From Eledone cirrhosa (taxonomy: Eukaryota): a stretch of 64,000 bases of DNA. The translations under genes were made by a program, and so were the position numbers. Below, in pieces: positions 27,089 through 40,337 of the stretch. The notes below the pieces were generated by a model. That model saw only the letters and a list, made by a program, of their open reading frames with translations. It was not told the DNA's origin and did not search any database. The stretch spans positions 202,864,001-202,928,000 of the forward strand of contig OZ024742.1 of the NCBI GenBank assembly GCA_964016885.1. The letters run 5' to 3'. Every line of letters begins with the position of its first letter. The stretch's first letter is position 1.

Positions 27089-27676
27089 CTGAAAAATTAA
27101 AAGGTGGGTAAAATTAATAAAATAAATATTGAAAGAAAGATAATATGAAAATAAAATAAAAATACAATAGCCAATATTTTGAATTAGGTAGACAGCTTTC
27201 CAGCAGATACATGGAAAAAAGATAAAGTGATCTCTATGCATATTGTGATATTTTCTTTTCTTTTACTAATAAATCATCTGGTATTCATATATATACTTCA
27301 ATCAGGTACCATTCATATACATTTTATGTATGACAATTACAAGTATCTTTGAATCTGTGCAATAATGTCTCTAATCAAAGCAATACCAACATTCTAACAT
27401 TTTATAGAATATAGCATTCCACATGCAACCACAGCAGAGACAGATCAGATCTCACTAAACAGATAAATAAACAGACAAAGAGAATTCCTCTCTTAATCAG
27501 TCATAAGTCATATATAAGGTTTACACATTTACACTGTTGGGTCATTTACATGTGAACCATTGATCAAAGCCAAGAACCATTGATCAAAACCAATTACATT
27601 TTTATATATTAGAGGTATACATCTCACTTTTTTTTGAAGTGGGGGTCATATATTTTTCACTAACATTATTTTCTGA

Positions 27677-27818
27677 TTCCAGCATAGTTATGTCCCTTTA
27701 CAATCTGAGTTCAAATCCCGCCGAGGTTGACTTTGCCTTTCATCCTTACGCGGTCGATAAAATAAAGTACCAGTAATGTACTGGGTAATTGCTGGCCTTG
27801 TGCCTAAAGTAGAAACAA
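27677..27818 (+). mobile_element. SINE family 2 (partial)
   Basis: GAGTTCAAATCCCGCCGAGGTTGACTTTGCCTTTCATCC..GGTCGATAAAATAAAGTACCAG, shared with copies at 36917 and 40773. Confidence 0.8.
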
Positions 27819-28440
27819 TTATTTTCTGATTCTTGTATTTTGTATACATTAGTGGTCTGATGAAACTTATTTTCATTTATATGGTACAGTCAATCCCCAT
27901 AACCATCATTACTGGTCTCAATAAAATCTAAACTAGATAAATGACAATGAACTACCCTATGTATTGCAATCAAATGAACAGACATTTTGGCTGCTATTTT
28001 TTTTTTAATGTCAGCAGTGAAAGTTATCTTACAATCTTGCATGACAAATTCTAGCCAAATGGTATATTTAAGGATCAAGAAAACTATTGTTTTCATACAA
28101 AAGGGTGCTCCCCATCATTGGGGCAAAAAATATATGAGCCTGACTTGATGTGAGACTACCAGGACACTGCTGACCAATATACGAGTATGACTTAGCAAGA
28201 GACCACCAGGATGCTAGGTGGGATGAAGATCACTGTACGCATCTGACCTCATCAGCTCACAATTTGGCTTGCGATTTCACACAAAATGAGAGGACCACAA
28301 TTTTTATGCAACCTCATGCAACAGAAAATAAACAAACATTTCTGCTGCTATATATGCATATACATTTCTTTCTCTTTCTCTATATACATATACACACACA
28401 AATATATACATATATACATATATATATATATTTATTATGT

Positions 28441-31400
28441 CATCATCATCATCATCATCGTTTAACGTCCATCTTCCATGCTTGCATGGGTTTGGACGGG
28501 ATTTTCCCACTTGAGGCAAGATTGGTTGTCTTGCTCGCATAGGACTGTCTGGCTGGTTTTCTAGGGCTAGATGCCCTTCCTAACACTAACCATGTTTACA
28601 GTGTGGACTGGGAGGTTTTTACCGTGCTACCTACACGACCACATTACAGCGTGGACTGTGTGTTTTTTTGTCGTGACACCTACACGACCTCATTTATTTC
28701 GGACTGGATGTTGTGGTACCAACATAACTTTACATTGAAAGGGGTGATGTGGATGGGGTGGGGTTAGTGAGACAGAGGTGTATTTTTGTTAGAGGTGCCT
28801 ACTGACTGTAGGTTTTGCTTTGTACTTAGGCAAGGCGGGTCTTCTGTGTTACTGTGTAGCGCCAAAGATCTCGGTCCAGTGACATTGTCTTGGAGAGGTG
28901 TAAGTGTGTGAGGTTAGAATTTATCAAGTCGTCCCAGGTTTTTCTGGGTCTGCCTACTCCGTGGCTACCGTCTATTTTTATCGCCCTGCACTTTTTTATA
29001 CAGCTGTCGTCTTTCATGCGCATCACGAGACCGTACCAACGTAGTCTTCTCTCGAGTAGACAACATCTGATCCCTCTTATTCCTAATTTCTCCCTTAGTT
29101 CGTTTATGCTTTGCCATTCACGTATATTACTATTACACATCCAGCGGAGAATGCAAGCTTCGTTCCTCTCCAGTCTGTGTATATCCTCTGCACACAATGC
29201 CCAGGTCTGAGTACTGCCAAAGGTCTCGGTCCAGTGACATTGTCTTGGAGAGGTGTAAGTGTGTGAGGTCGGAGTTTATCAGCTCGTCCCAGGTTTTTCT
29301 AGGTCTGCCTATTCCGTGGCTACCGTCTATCTTTATTGCCCTGCACTTTGTTATACAGCTATCGACTTTCATGCGCATCACGTGTCCATACCAACGTAGC
29401 CTTCTCTCGAGTAAACAACATCTGATCCCTCTTATTTCTAATTTTTTCCTTAGTTCGTTTATGCTTTGCCGTTCACGTATATTACTGTTACACATCCAGC
29501 GGTGCATGCAAGCTTCGTTCCTCTCTAGTCTGCGTATATCCTCTGCACACAATGCCCAGGTCTCACTGCCATGCAACATTGCTGTTCGTATGCAGGCATC
29601 GTACAACCTGCCTTTCATTTTTAGGGAGAACCCTTTAGCACTTAATAGTGGTATAAGCTCTCTGAACTTTTTCCAACCAGTTCTGACTCTAGCTACTGTA
29701 CTTTCAGAGCACCCTCCCCCACTGCTGATTTTATCGCCCAGGTAACGGAAGCTGTCCACTATTTCTATAGAACCCTCTGCGCAATTGAAAGAGCTAGTAT
29801 TTTGTGGGCACTTGCTGCTACTTATTGCACCAGAGCACCGGCCACATGTAAAATCTATGTTCTTAGTTAGCTTACCTGTGATCCCACTACATCTTTTATG
29901 CACCCATACTTTGCATTTAGGACATAAAATGGAGTTTCTACCTACGCCTTTCCTACACACCGAGCACGACCATATCCCAGAAGGGACCGCCGCCTTATTT
30001 TCTTTCCTACAAACTAGAACTTTAGTCTTAGCCAGGTTAATTTTAAGCCCTTTTGACTCTAGGCCGTGCTTCCATGTTTGGAATTTCTTCTCTAGCTCGG
30101 CCATTGATCCCGCTATGAGTGTCAGGTCGTCTGCGTATAGGAGTTCCCATGGGCAGCCGGTCTTGAACTCCTCTGTTATAGCCTGAAGGGCAATAATAAA
30201 TAGTAGGGGCCTGAGAACAGAGCCCTGATGGACACCAACTTTTACGCTAAACTCTTCACTATATTCGTTGTTAATTCTAACCTTGCTGACTGTTTCTTTA
30301 TACATGGCTTGTATAGCTCTGACAAGCCATTCGTCAACGCCTAGTTTTCTAAGAGCCCACCAGATAATGGAGCGGGGGACTCTGTCGAAGACTTTCTCCA
30401 AGTCGACAAAAGCTAAGTAGAGGGGTTTACCTTTAGCTAGGTACTTCTCCTGTAGTTGTCGTACAATGAAAAGAGCATCTGTGGTACTTTTGCCTGACAC
30501 AAACCCGAACTGCATTTCATCTAGGTCAATTCTCTCTCTGATTAGTTGCGCTATTACTTTTTCCGTGACCTTCATGACCTGGTCGATTAATTTAATGCCT
30601 CTATAGTTACTCCTATCTAGGGCGTCTCCTTTACCCTTATAACAGTTAACGATGATGCTGCTATGCCAGTCCTTCGGAACAACCCCATTCTGTACGACTT
30701 GGTTAACTATGCGGGTGACCATGGTGTGTCCCACCGTGCCAGATGCCTTCAGCATCTCAGCAACTATTTCCGAAGGCCCAGCCGCCTTACCCGTCTTCAT
30801 ATCCTTGATTGCCTTACTTATTATACTTCCCTCGACTAACACTGCTGGTCCCTCTATTGGGTCGATATGGGGGAGACTGTCTTTCTCCCATTTATTCTCC
30901 TCATTTAGTAGCCTTTCATAGTGACACTTCCAAGCTACCTTCTTATCAGCGTCGGTGTTGGCAAGTGTGCCATCATCGTTAAGTACACACTTCTCCCCGA
31001 CAATATCACGGTTTTCCTTGACGCATTGCCTAGCAATCCTGAACACCTCACGTTTTTGGTCCTCGCGTTGTAGAACATGCTTGAACTTTCTTTCCTCTGC
31101 TTCCCTTCTTGCTAAGTACACTTGTCTCCTAGCTTCCCTCCTGGCCACTTGATAGTCTTCTCTACTTCCCCCATCCCGCCATACTTTCCAAGCCTGCTTT
31201 TTGGCCTTAATTGACCCCTCCACCTTACTGTTCCACCACCATGTTACTCTTCTCCTGCCTACAGGCCTGCTCCAGCCACAGCAGGTTTGCTTTCAGAAAT
31301 TCCCACTGTCCCTCTATATTGTCCGACTCTAAATGTTCTTCCTTACTGTCGAAAACATCAAGTAATATGCTTTGAAATTTATTTCTGGCTGTGGGGTCCT

Positions 31401-32614
31401 TTAGCTTCCATATTTTTCTCCTGAGGATAGTCCTCTTCTGCTGTCGAGTACGTCTCGTCCTGACTATGAGGTCGCTAATTATCAGTCTATGTTGGGAGGT
31501 GCATTCTTCATGGGGGAGGGAGTTAGTGTTTACAACAGACACTCTGTCACGTCTTCTGGTAAGGATATAATCTACCTGGCTTGTGTGTTCCCCGGATCTA
31601 TAGGTGATCAGGTGATTGTCACGTTTTTTGAAGTTAGTGTTACAGATAGTTAGGTTATTTGCATCACAGAATTCCAGGATTCTGGAGCCTTCCTCATTTC
31701 TAGTACCAAACCCATAGCCTCCATGGATTTCGTCGTCGCCGTCACAATGTTGTCCAACGTGACCATTTAGGTCGCCTGCAATAATTATATAGTCACTGTC
31801 GGATATTTGGGAGATAGTTAGCATCAGTGTCTCATAGAATCTGTCTTTTATAGTGCCGGGCAGTCCGGATTGGGGTGCGTACGCAGATATTACTGTCACC
31901 ATAGTTCTATTGAGGACAAGTCGTATTTTAATTATTCTGTCGTTCACTCTATTTACGTCTATTATCTTATCTGCCCACTTTTCTGCTACCATGATTCCTA
32001 CTCCACCCAGCCCATCGTCGTTTCCCACGCAGAAAAGCTTATAACATCGTTTTTTACCCTCAATGAATCTAGCAGACCCACCCCTCCACCTGGTCTCTTG
32101 AATACAACAAACATCGACCTCCTTACGTTCAAGCATTTCTACAACCTCGTTAGCGCGACCCTTTAGGGTGCCTACATTTATGGTACCAACTCTGAAGTTT
32201 TGGATTGTGTTTGGAGGGTGGGGGCGGTGGGGGGCGGGGGGAGATGGGGTTATGTTAGCCATCCGCGGACGAAACAAAGAGGAGTGATCACATTCTCGTC
32301 CACGAGGTGAATTTGTCTTTAACTTTGGCATTTTCGCTGAGCGTCCAGATTTTTCTCTCCCTTCCACTCTCCAGGATTGCGCAGTCCATCCATCCATCCA
32401 TCATATATCGAAAGGCAACCGGGCAAGCGATAGTATAGGCCTCTGGCTTATGATTGGTCCGCGTAATAATAATAATGGTGATGCGTGGGGGGGGGGCTCT
32501 GGCTTATGATTGGTCCACGTATTAACAATGGTGGTGTGTGGGGGCGGGTGGGAGGGGTGTTGGGTAGCTAGCTGGAAGGTTAGGATTGTTTAACAAGCGA
32601 TTAACAAAAAAAAA
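28441..32614 (-). mobile_element. RTE-clade LINE family B, near full length, chimeric 3' end
   Basis: ORFs 31225-32397 (APE), 29133-31223 (RT) and 28826-29197 (second copy of the C-terminus); (GAT)n tail at 28441; a 20-bp deletion at ~31280 causes the frameshift. Confidence 0.94.
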
Positions 32615-32615
32615 A

Positions 32616-32666
<51 letters not shown>

Positions 32667-32716
32667 ATACATATACATACATATATATACATATATACAT
32701 ATATATACATATCTAT

Positions 32717-32918
32717 CTAAGGCGGGTAAAATTCCCGAGATCCATGGACGAGTTCTCTCCAGCGGTCTCTGTCCCTCATTATCGCTGCCATATCCTGCAT
32801 CTCCAACAGACCAGTGTCTGTCCTTAGGGCATCAACATATGTTAACCTTGGTCTTCCTCTTCTAGTGTGTCCATGTAGGGGCTCCCAAAGGAGCACTGAG
32901 TGCAATGTCAACTCTGGA
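32717..32918 (-). mobile_element. RTE-like family D 3' fragment
   Basis: Matches 51400-51602 ([21 protein letters not shown]...GSREFYPP). Confidence 0.88.
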
Positions 32919-33058
32919 TATATATATACATATAAATATATATATACACATAAATATATATACATACACATATATACATATATGTTTATATACATATATG
33001 TATATATACATATATGTATATATACATATATGTATATATACATATATGTATATATACA

Positions 33059-33108
<50 letters not shown>

Positions 33109-33307
33109 CAGTATTTTCCGTTGTGTTGTAATATAAATAGGTCCTCAGTAATATTATTCTGATGAAATGACAGTAAATAATAACATTGAAATATTGAATG
33201 TCTGCATAACTAAAAGTTTGTAGATAGCAGCTGTTTTAGGTTACGTAACTGTTATAGAAACACGTGTCAATAAATTCCTTTCAACTAAACTGTATCCATT
33301 CAAATCT

Positions 33308-33358
<51 letters not shown>

Positions 33359-33468
33359 CAAATATATATACATAAATGTGTATATACATATACATACATA
33401 CATATATGTATATATTCATATACATATATATACATACATATATGTATATAATCATATACATATATATA

Positions 33469-34344
33469 GGTACTGGCATTGATAAATATGCTGGGTCCGT
33501 CAATCCTTATTATTATTATCTTGCAACGAGCGGACTATTGAGAGTAAGTTACACAATTTTTCACTTTATATTGTGTTTTTGTTTTGAGATGCACTCTTTT
33601 TCCTGCTACTAATTTTGTCTCTCACTTTTAAGTTGTGAATTAGACTGGTTATCTACACACGTGGCTGACACATTTCAGCTCGCTACTATATTGATATATA
33701 ATGGCTGATCGCATTTAAAGTCCGTTAAAGATTCTTGGCACTACAATTGTTACCATCGCTTTCCTCTAGCCATGGGACTTGGAGACATGAACCGAATGCT
33801 ACCATTCTATTTTATATCAATGTGAACTGCTATTTCTAATAGCAATCTTTTCACCCCTTGTGAGACATGTTGGCTGAGAGCTTCTGACAGGAACTAAAAG
33901 CTTGATTCTTTTTAGCTTCCCGTCCCCACGTAAAATTTGTAAATCAGTGGCTAGTTGAGAGATAGAGTCCTATTGGTTGCCAGTTGCTAATCGCTTTACC
34001 GTGTCGGTTGTCACAAACAGTCATGACCGGCATTGGGCCAGTGTTTGGATTCTGTAGATCGATTGGTTATTGATTAGGCGATACCTGCTGATGAAGCCGC
34101 ATAAGCCGATTGTGCATTGTTGCATAATATATGCAGAGAGATGGTGCAGTGCACCTTACTGCTGCATTAGTGCGGCAGAAACTCGAGTCCGGAAACCTTA
34201 TAGGCACCCGTTTCACGTGTATTGTGTTGAGGCAAATAACTATGTGTATACTCTGGTAATGTATCTTACATTGCCCATTGAGTGCGCTGAGATACAACCG
34301 GTACTGGAATTGATAAATATGCTGGGTCCGTCAACCCTTATTAT
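33469..34344 (+). mobile_element. Non-coding 831-bp unit with a 45-bp terminal direct repeat and a hammerhead ribozyme (solo pLTR / retrozyme-like)
   Basis: GGTACTGG(C/A)ATTGATAAATATGCTGGGTCCGTCAA(T/C)CCTTATTAT at 33469 and 34300; flanked by (TA)n; HHR at 34084. Confidence 0.7.
34084..34193 (+). ncRNA. Type I hammerhead ribozyme with a large stem II insertion
   Basis: ctg-CTGATGA-a-gccgcat...gtgcggc-a-GAAA-ctcga-GTC-cgg; palindromic stem III ACTCGAGT. Confidence 0.75.
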
Positions 34345-34404
34345 ACATATATATATATATATATATATACATATATGTGTGTATATACATATATGTATAT
34401 ACAT

Positions 34405-36914
34405 ATCAAGATCTCAACAGAGATTACCCACAAGAAACTGGGTGAAAAAACGATCTAAACCTGAAAGCAAACCTAGGTCATTTTCCCAGATTGTTAAAAA
34501 TAATGCTAACAAGAAATGGAAAAATAATATACAGAATACCAAAAATACGACAAAAAACATAACAAAACTAAATATAATATCACGACCAAAGGTCATCAAG
34601 CAAACACGAACAGGAATATAAATCCTGAACAGAGAAAAATCCATTTTTTAACATCAGGACAACAAAAACAGGAAAAAGAAAAACTCCAGGAGGAAACATA
34701 CCCAAATCAACTGAACACGTAGATCCTAAAATAATTATTTTATCCAAAAGAGATCTTGATAATGATGAAATGCAAATTCTGTCAAAAGGACTGAAATTCA
34801 CACTGACTCCAACAGTCAACCACCAAGAACTGAAGGAGGATACCCAAGAATTCTGTCAAAAATTACGACTTGTAGAATTGTTCGCTGATAAAATTAATAT
34901 GAGAGTGATGAATCACTAGTAAAGAATAAATCAAATTTCACTCCGCCAAAAGGTAGAAATATCTATCTCGACCAATACATTGACATCCTGTCTAAATTTC
35001 CTCTTAGACGTAATACTAATGTTAGGCCAAACATTACCAAATCGGAAATGTCTGCACTTAAACGTATACAAAATGATAAAACAATAATAATTAAACAAGC
35101 AGATAAAGGGGGTGCAGTTGTTATAATGGATGCTGAATACTACAAAGATTTGGTTGAGGAACAACTGAAAGACACAACATTCTATCATGAAATACTGTCA
35201 AATATAGACCGCAACATCATGAAGATCAACAACCTGGCTTCAAAATACATCAACTCACTTACTGATAAGGAAAGAGACTACATCACCAATTTTGAGCCAA
35301 AACCCTGCAACCTGTAAGGCCTACCAAAAGTTCATAAGTCAAAAGAAATCCAACTGGCAGTAAAAGATAAAAAAAGTGAGTACATTAAATTACTACACCC
35401 AAAAGACTTAAAACTTAGACCTATTATAGCTGGTCCAACATGCCCTATCCACCGTCTAAGCAATTTTGTTGACATTATTTTGAAACCACTATGTATTCAC
35501 ATATCCAGTTTCATCCGGGATGATATCGACTTCCTGTCCCATCTTCCCAAAACCAGGGAAACGAATTCACTTCTACTTAGTTTTGATGTGGTAAGCCTTT
35601 ACACCAAAATTACACAGCATTTAGGAATAAAGGCGGTTAAATACTGGGTGGAAAAACATGGAGAAGTGATTCCCACCAGATTCACAACGCCATTTATATT
35701 AGACGCAGTCAAACTTATTCTGGAAAACAACACTTTCTTCTTCAATGGAAAGAATTCCATCCACAGCGATGGGAACGAAGTTTGCTCCCGTTTACGCGAA
35801 CTCTGTAATGGGATACTTAGAACAACAACTCTACCATGAAATAGAGGAAAAATATAGCACTGAATTTAGAAAGTACATTGAAAAGCCTTGGAAGAGATAC
35901 CTTGACAGAATCTCTAGATGAGTTCAATATCCTCCTGAATAACCTACACCCATCTCTCCAATTCACAAAAGAGATGAGTATTACAAAATTACCATTCCTA
36001 GATATAATGGTAATCAAAAATGACACACCATTACCATGGATATATATTATAAACCCACAGACACCCATCAATATCTGAATTTTAAGTCGTGCCATCCACC
36101 ACATACAAAACACAACATCCCATACTGTCTAGCCAGAAGAACTTGTACCATTGTAGAAGATACGAATACCAGGAACAAACGCCTAACAGAACTGAGAGAA
36201 TTTTTGCTCTAACAAAAATACCCATCTCTACTTATAGAAAATGGCATACAGTGGGCTATAAAAATACCTATACAACAATTTAGGACAACCCAAGGAAGAA
36301 GAAACCAAGAACTGGTCATACCATTTATAATGACACACAACCAATGTCACCAGAATATCTTCAACACTGCCAAAGCAAACCTACCGATCATTGCTCAAAG
36401 TAATGAATTAAAAGGTTTAATCACAGACCGATCTTTGACTCTTAGTAAAAGACAGCCGAAAAATTTGAAGCAATTACTAACAAAGGCAAAGTTTGAACTT
36501 AACAACAAAGACCAATTATTCACTGTATCTAAATGCATTAATAGTCGATGTGGCACATCTCAGTTCATACATACTGGTCAATATATGAACACAAAAACTG
36601 GAAAAATATTCCCAAATGCAAATATGAACTACAAATGCAGAAATCTAATTTACTGCATTAAATGCCCAAATTGTGAAGAACTATATGCCGGTCAAACTGG
36701 AAATGCACTATTGGAACGTGCACGGGTGCACCGACAGCAAATCAGAGACCCAAATGTCCGTCAGATACCCCTGAGTAACCATCTGGTAACATGTGGTCAG
36801 AAAGTATTTATAATATTTCCATTCTACAAATTACACAATCCAAATAAAATCAAGCGAAAAATTAAAGAAAAGAATTTTATTGATAAATTCCAACCCAAGC
36901 TAAATGAACAATAA
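34405..36914 (+). mobile_element. Penelope-like element (Nematis/Neptune-like), decayed
   Basis: LSKGLKFT, IIIKQADKGGAVVIMD, GLPKVHKS, LRPIIAGP, SFDVVSLYT, AMGTKFAP, LPFLDI, then C..SRC and GIY-YIG IYCIKCPNC..LYAGQTG..L.ER..H (36330-36914); many frameshifts. Confidence 0.9.
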
Positions 36915-36916
36915 TA

Positions 36917-37099
36917 ATTGTTTCTACGTTTGGCACAAGGCCAGCAATTACCCAGTGCATTACTGGTACTTTATTTTATAGACCCCGTAAGGATGAAAGG
37001 CAAAGTTAACCTCGGCGGGATTTGAACTCAGTCCGGAAAGGGACGTAATTGTGCTGCAAAGCAAGGCGTCCGACCCTCTACCGATACTGCCAATCCACC
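36917..37099 (-). mobile_element. SINE family 2
   Basis: Reverse complement of the family 2 body, with head TGGCAGTATCGGTAG and B box GAGTTCAAATCC. Confidence 0.8.
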
Positions 37100-37690
37100 A
37101 AATGTTTAGGGGTTAGGGTTACTCCTACTATGATTACGCCTACAACCATGTCGACTACCACAACTAACAACAACAATAATAATAATAAAAATGATGTTGA
37201 TGGTGATGATTACTGAAGACTTTTTATAAAAACCATAGAAATGCTATTTTCATTATTTCTAAAAATAGCAAAACAATTGATGCTTTGGATAGGGTCAAAT
37301 AGAAGTCGTTAGATATGCTCAACCAACTGTGATGCTTAAACCAATCGGCTTTAGTAATCCAGTGAAACTACACACCGATTGGTCGAAATACAGTTTGTAA
37401 AACTTAGCATTCTGTAGCCGCTTTTCACTGTATAAAAGGCATAAAATTAACCCATCTCATTACAGTTGAAAATTGCAAACTTGACTGTCACCACAGAATA
37501 TGAACCTGAACATTGCGAAAGCATGAAAGTACTTGTTCAATTAACACTTAACATTTAATATTCTACCATACTATTTCATTCTAATACCATTATAATTTTA
37601 AAGAATTGTAAATAAAATGAGTAAATCAGACAAAGTTGGAATTCCTTTTATTAATATAATCTTCTATACACAATCATACACACCCGTGTA

Positions 37691-37730
<40 letters not shown>

Positions 37731-37797
37731 CATATATGTATATATACATATATATATACATATATGTATATATACATATACATATATGTATATATAT

Positions 37798-38134
37798 GGA
37801 GGCACATGGCTTAGTGGTTAGAGCATTGGCCTTGCAATCGAAAGGTTGTGAGTTCAATTCTCAGACCGGGTGATGTGTTGTTTCCTTGAGCAAGACACTT
37901 TATTTCACATTGCTCCAGTTTACTCAGCTGTAGAAATGAGATGATAGGGACTGGGGTCCCTATCATTCCACTGCAAAGTGGTCATGGAGGTGCCACGGCA
38001 AAAAGCACCCAGCACTCACTGTAAATGAGGTTGGTGTTAGGAAGGGCATCCAGCTGTAGAAATCAAGCCAGAATCAGTTTCCGTCCCACCCTTGCAAGCA
38101 GGGAAAAGTGGACGTTAATTGAAATGATGATGAT
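37798..38134 (+). mobile_element. tRNA-derived CORE-type SINE (family 1) with family C-type tail
   Basis: A box TGGCTTAGTGG, B box GTTCAATTC, tail CCGTCCCACCCTTGCAAGCAGGGAAAAG.GGACGT plus (GAT)n. Confidence 0.92.
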
Positions 38135-38411
38135 ATACATATATGTATATATACATATATATATATTTGTTTTGCGAGGTTTTTGATATGAAATCGTGTG
38201 TCGAAAGAAATATTGTTATATTTGGGGAGGGTCATATTGTAATAATATTGCCAGAATTAATAACAGAACACACTCACTGTTTGGTTGGTTTTCAATTCTG
38301 TATCTTTTTATCAGTTAGTTCATTCGGTTTATCAGTTAGTTCATTCGGTCCTCAATTGACTGACCAACGGTCAAAAATACAGATATAATATAGACACAAA
38401 CACATATATAT

Positions 38412-39576
38412 AGTCTAACAAAGTTCTTTCGTTGCACATCTGCAACATCGTCTGTGGTGCTATTATGTTCCTCCTGTTGTATTGTATATCTACGCCATCT
38501 TTATTTAATCTGTTTATTTATTTATTTATTTATTTATTTTTGTCTTCTTCTCTGCGCATGCGTTTGCGTGTGTGTATAGTGTTTGATGCGTGTTCGCGTT
38601 TGGGTGACTGTTTTGGTTATTTTATTCTATCTTAGTTTACTAATGTGTGTTTATATGTGTTTGTTGTTATTGTGCTTGTGTATATATTTATTTCTTTATT
38701 TATATTTCTCTTAGGTCAGTATTGTTTGTTTAGGTGTTATAATTCCATTCATTCTTTCTGTTTAAACTTGACCTTCTAATTTTTATTTCACTTGCCGCTC
38801 TGATTTGCCTACCTGCTGGGTCATTTCTATGTTTAGATATTATTTTAATTTCTATGTTGTCTATATTACCGTCATGTTGTTGTCTGAACCGTTTTTTCAT
38901 ATTTTTAGTTCCCGCTAGTGTTGGTCTATACTTTCACCTATGCATGTTGTTGTCATGTTTCTGCAAGTACCCTCTGTACATCTTATGCTATAGACTACAT
39001 TTCTAATTTTACAATTTATCCGGGGATTTCCTTTACATATAATACATTTCCTACTAGTGCAGTGTTTTCTTAAAAGGGTACGTTTTGCTGTTAAGGGATT
39101 TTATGGTACTTCCTGGCTTTTCTACCACCTTAATCTTTAAGTGGGTCTTTCTCGGGGCCTTTCTACACTGGTTAGCTAATTTCCCTCCAGGGGTAGCATC
39201 CACAAACATGACGCTCTGGTATCTCTGGTTGTCGTACCATGAGGTGGCTTTCCCTATCTTATGTCTAGCCCTATCTAAGCTATTCCATGATTTGCTCCTG
39301 TATAATGGGCAAATTCCTTTCATGTCCAGTTCTATGAGGGTCTTATACTTCTCCGTGGCTCCTTCGTATACTCTGATTCTGTCTCTTTGGTTGTAGCCAG
39401 AGAACTGCATGCGGATGATGAAGTGTTGGATGTGTCTTTCCATTTCTGTTGGGTCGCACATGCGGGACACATTCTTCATCACTCGTACCAAATCTGCGAT
39501 CAGAATATTAAACTTAGCACTACTGGACATTGCTGAGTATTTGAGTATCAGATATTTGGAGGCCATGAGTTTAGCG
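38412..39576 (-). mobile_element. Third Penelope-like element, 3' portion (RT thumb, GIY-YIG, pLTR)
   Basis: [37 protein letters not shown], followed by CIICKG..CKIRNVVYSIRC..IGES; degenerate HHR near the 3' end. Confidence 0.75.
38418..38457 (-). ncRNA. Degenerate hammerhead motif
   Basis: Minus strand CAGACGA-t-gttgca.gatg.tgcaac-GAAA-gaac-TT; core U4 is mutated to A. Confidence 0.45.
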
Positions 39577-39799
39577 TATATATATATATATGTATATACA
39601 TATATATATACATATATGTATATAAACATATATATAAATATATGTATATATATACATGTATATATACATATATATATACATGTATATATACATATATATA
39701 TATACATGTACATATACATATATATATACATACATATATATATACATATATATACATACATATATATATACATACATATATACATACATATATATACAT

Positions 39800-40002
39800 A
39801 TAAGTATCAACAGTCTTCCAACATTCATCAAATCAGACCGAGGAAACAACATTTCCATTGGTTTTTCCATCGGTCGCTACTCCAGGCAACGTGAAATAAA
39901 GTGTCTTACCCAAGGACATAACGCATTGCCCGGTCCGAGAATTGAACTCATAACCTCACAATTATGAATCTAATTCTCTAACCACTTAGCCACATATCTT
40001 CA
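39800..40002 (-). mobile_element. CORE-type SINE variant
   Basis: Minus strand TGGCTAAGTGGTTAGAG..GAGTTCAATTCTCGGACCGGG..GTCCTTGGGTAAGACACTTTATTTCAC with a different 3' part. Confidence 0.75.
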
Positions 40003-40003
40003 C

Positions 40004-40035
<32 letters not shown>

Positions 40036-40225
40036 GCGAAGGAAAAGTGGTAAGGAGCCAGGTGGACCATAACGCACCAAAGTACTCAATACTTAGGGTA
40101 GTATAGTGGGTAATAGGAACAAGTAAGACCCCGACGGCTGAGCTCAAGCCGTTTCGACGGCTAATTCTGTACAGAATAAGCCGTAGAAACGGCTTTAGCT
40201 CAGCCGTTGGGGTCTTACTTGTTCC

Positions 40226-40228
<3 letters not shown>
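40036..40228 (-). mobile_element. Fold-back pLTR-like element (same family as 44817)
   Basis: Palindrome 40113-40228 centred at ~40170 plus a unique arm 40036-40112; contains the HHR 3' half GAAA-cggct.tgagctc.agcc-GTC. Confidence 0.75.
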
Positions 40229-40271
<43 letters not shown>

Positions 40272-40337
40272 TACATTGTATATATATATATATATACATT
40301 GTATATTATGAAATGCTGTTCGCTTTTCGCTGCAGTG

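Noticed and set aside
27020-27241. 73-aa ORF overlapping the nAChR exon
   Set aside because: Wrong frame; the real coding frame is defined by the splice sites
34070-34621. 183-aa ORF
   Set aside because: Runs across the HHR unit, a TA tract and the PLE start; no coherent protein
37324-37396. Two-stem hairpin (AACTGT/ACAGTT, ACCAATCGG/CCGATTGGT) with GAAA, considered as an HHR or SECIS
   Set aside because: Lacks an intact CTGAnGA core and NUH/stem III, and has no AUGA/GA SECIS core
37798-37872. tRNA-like sequence with A and B boxes (also at other SINE heads)
   Set aside because: No complete acceptor stem or cloverleaf; continues into SINE body and tail
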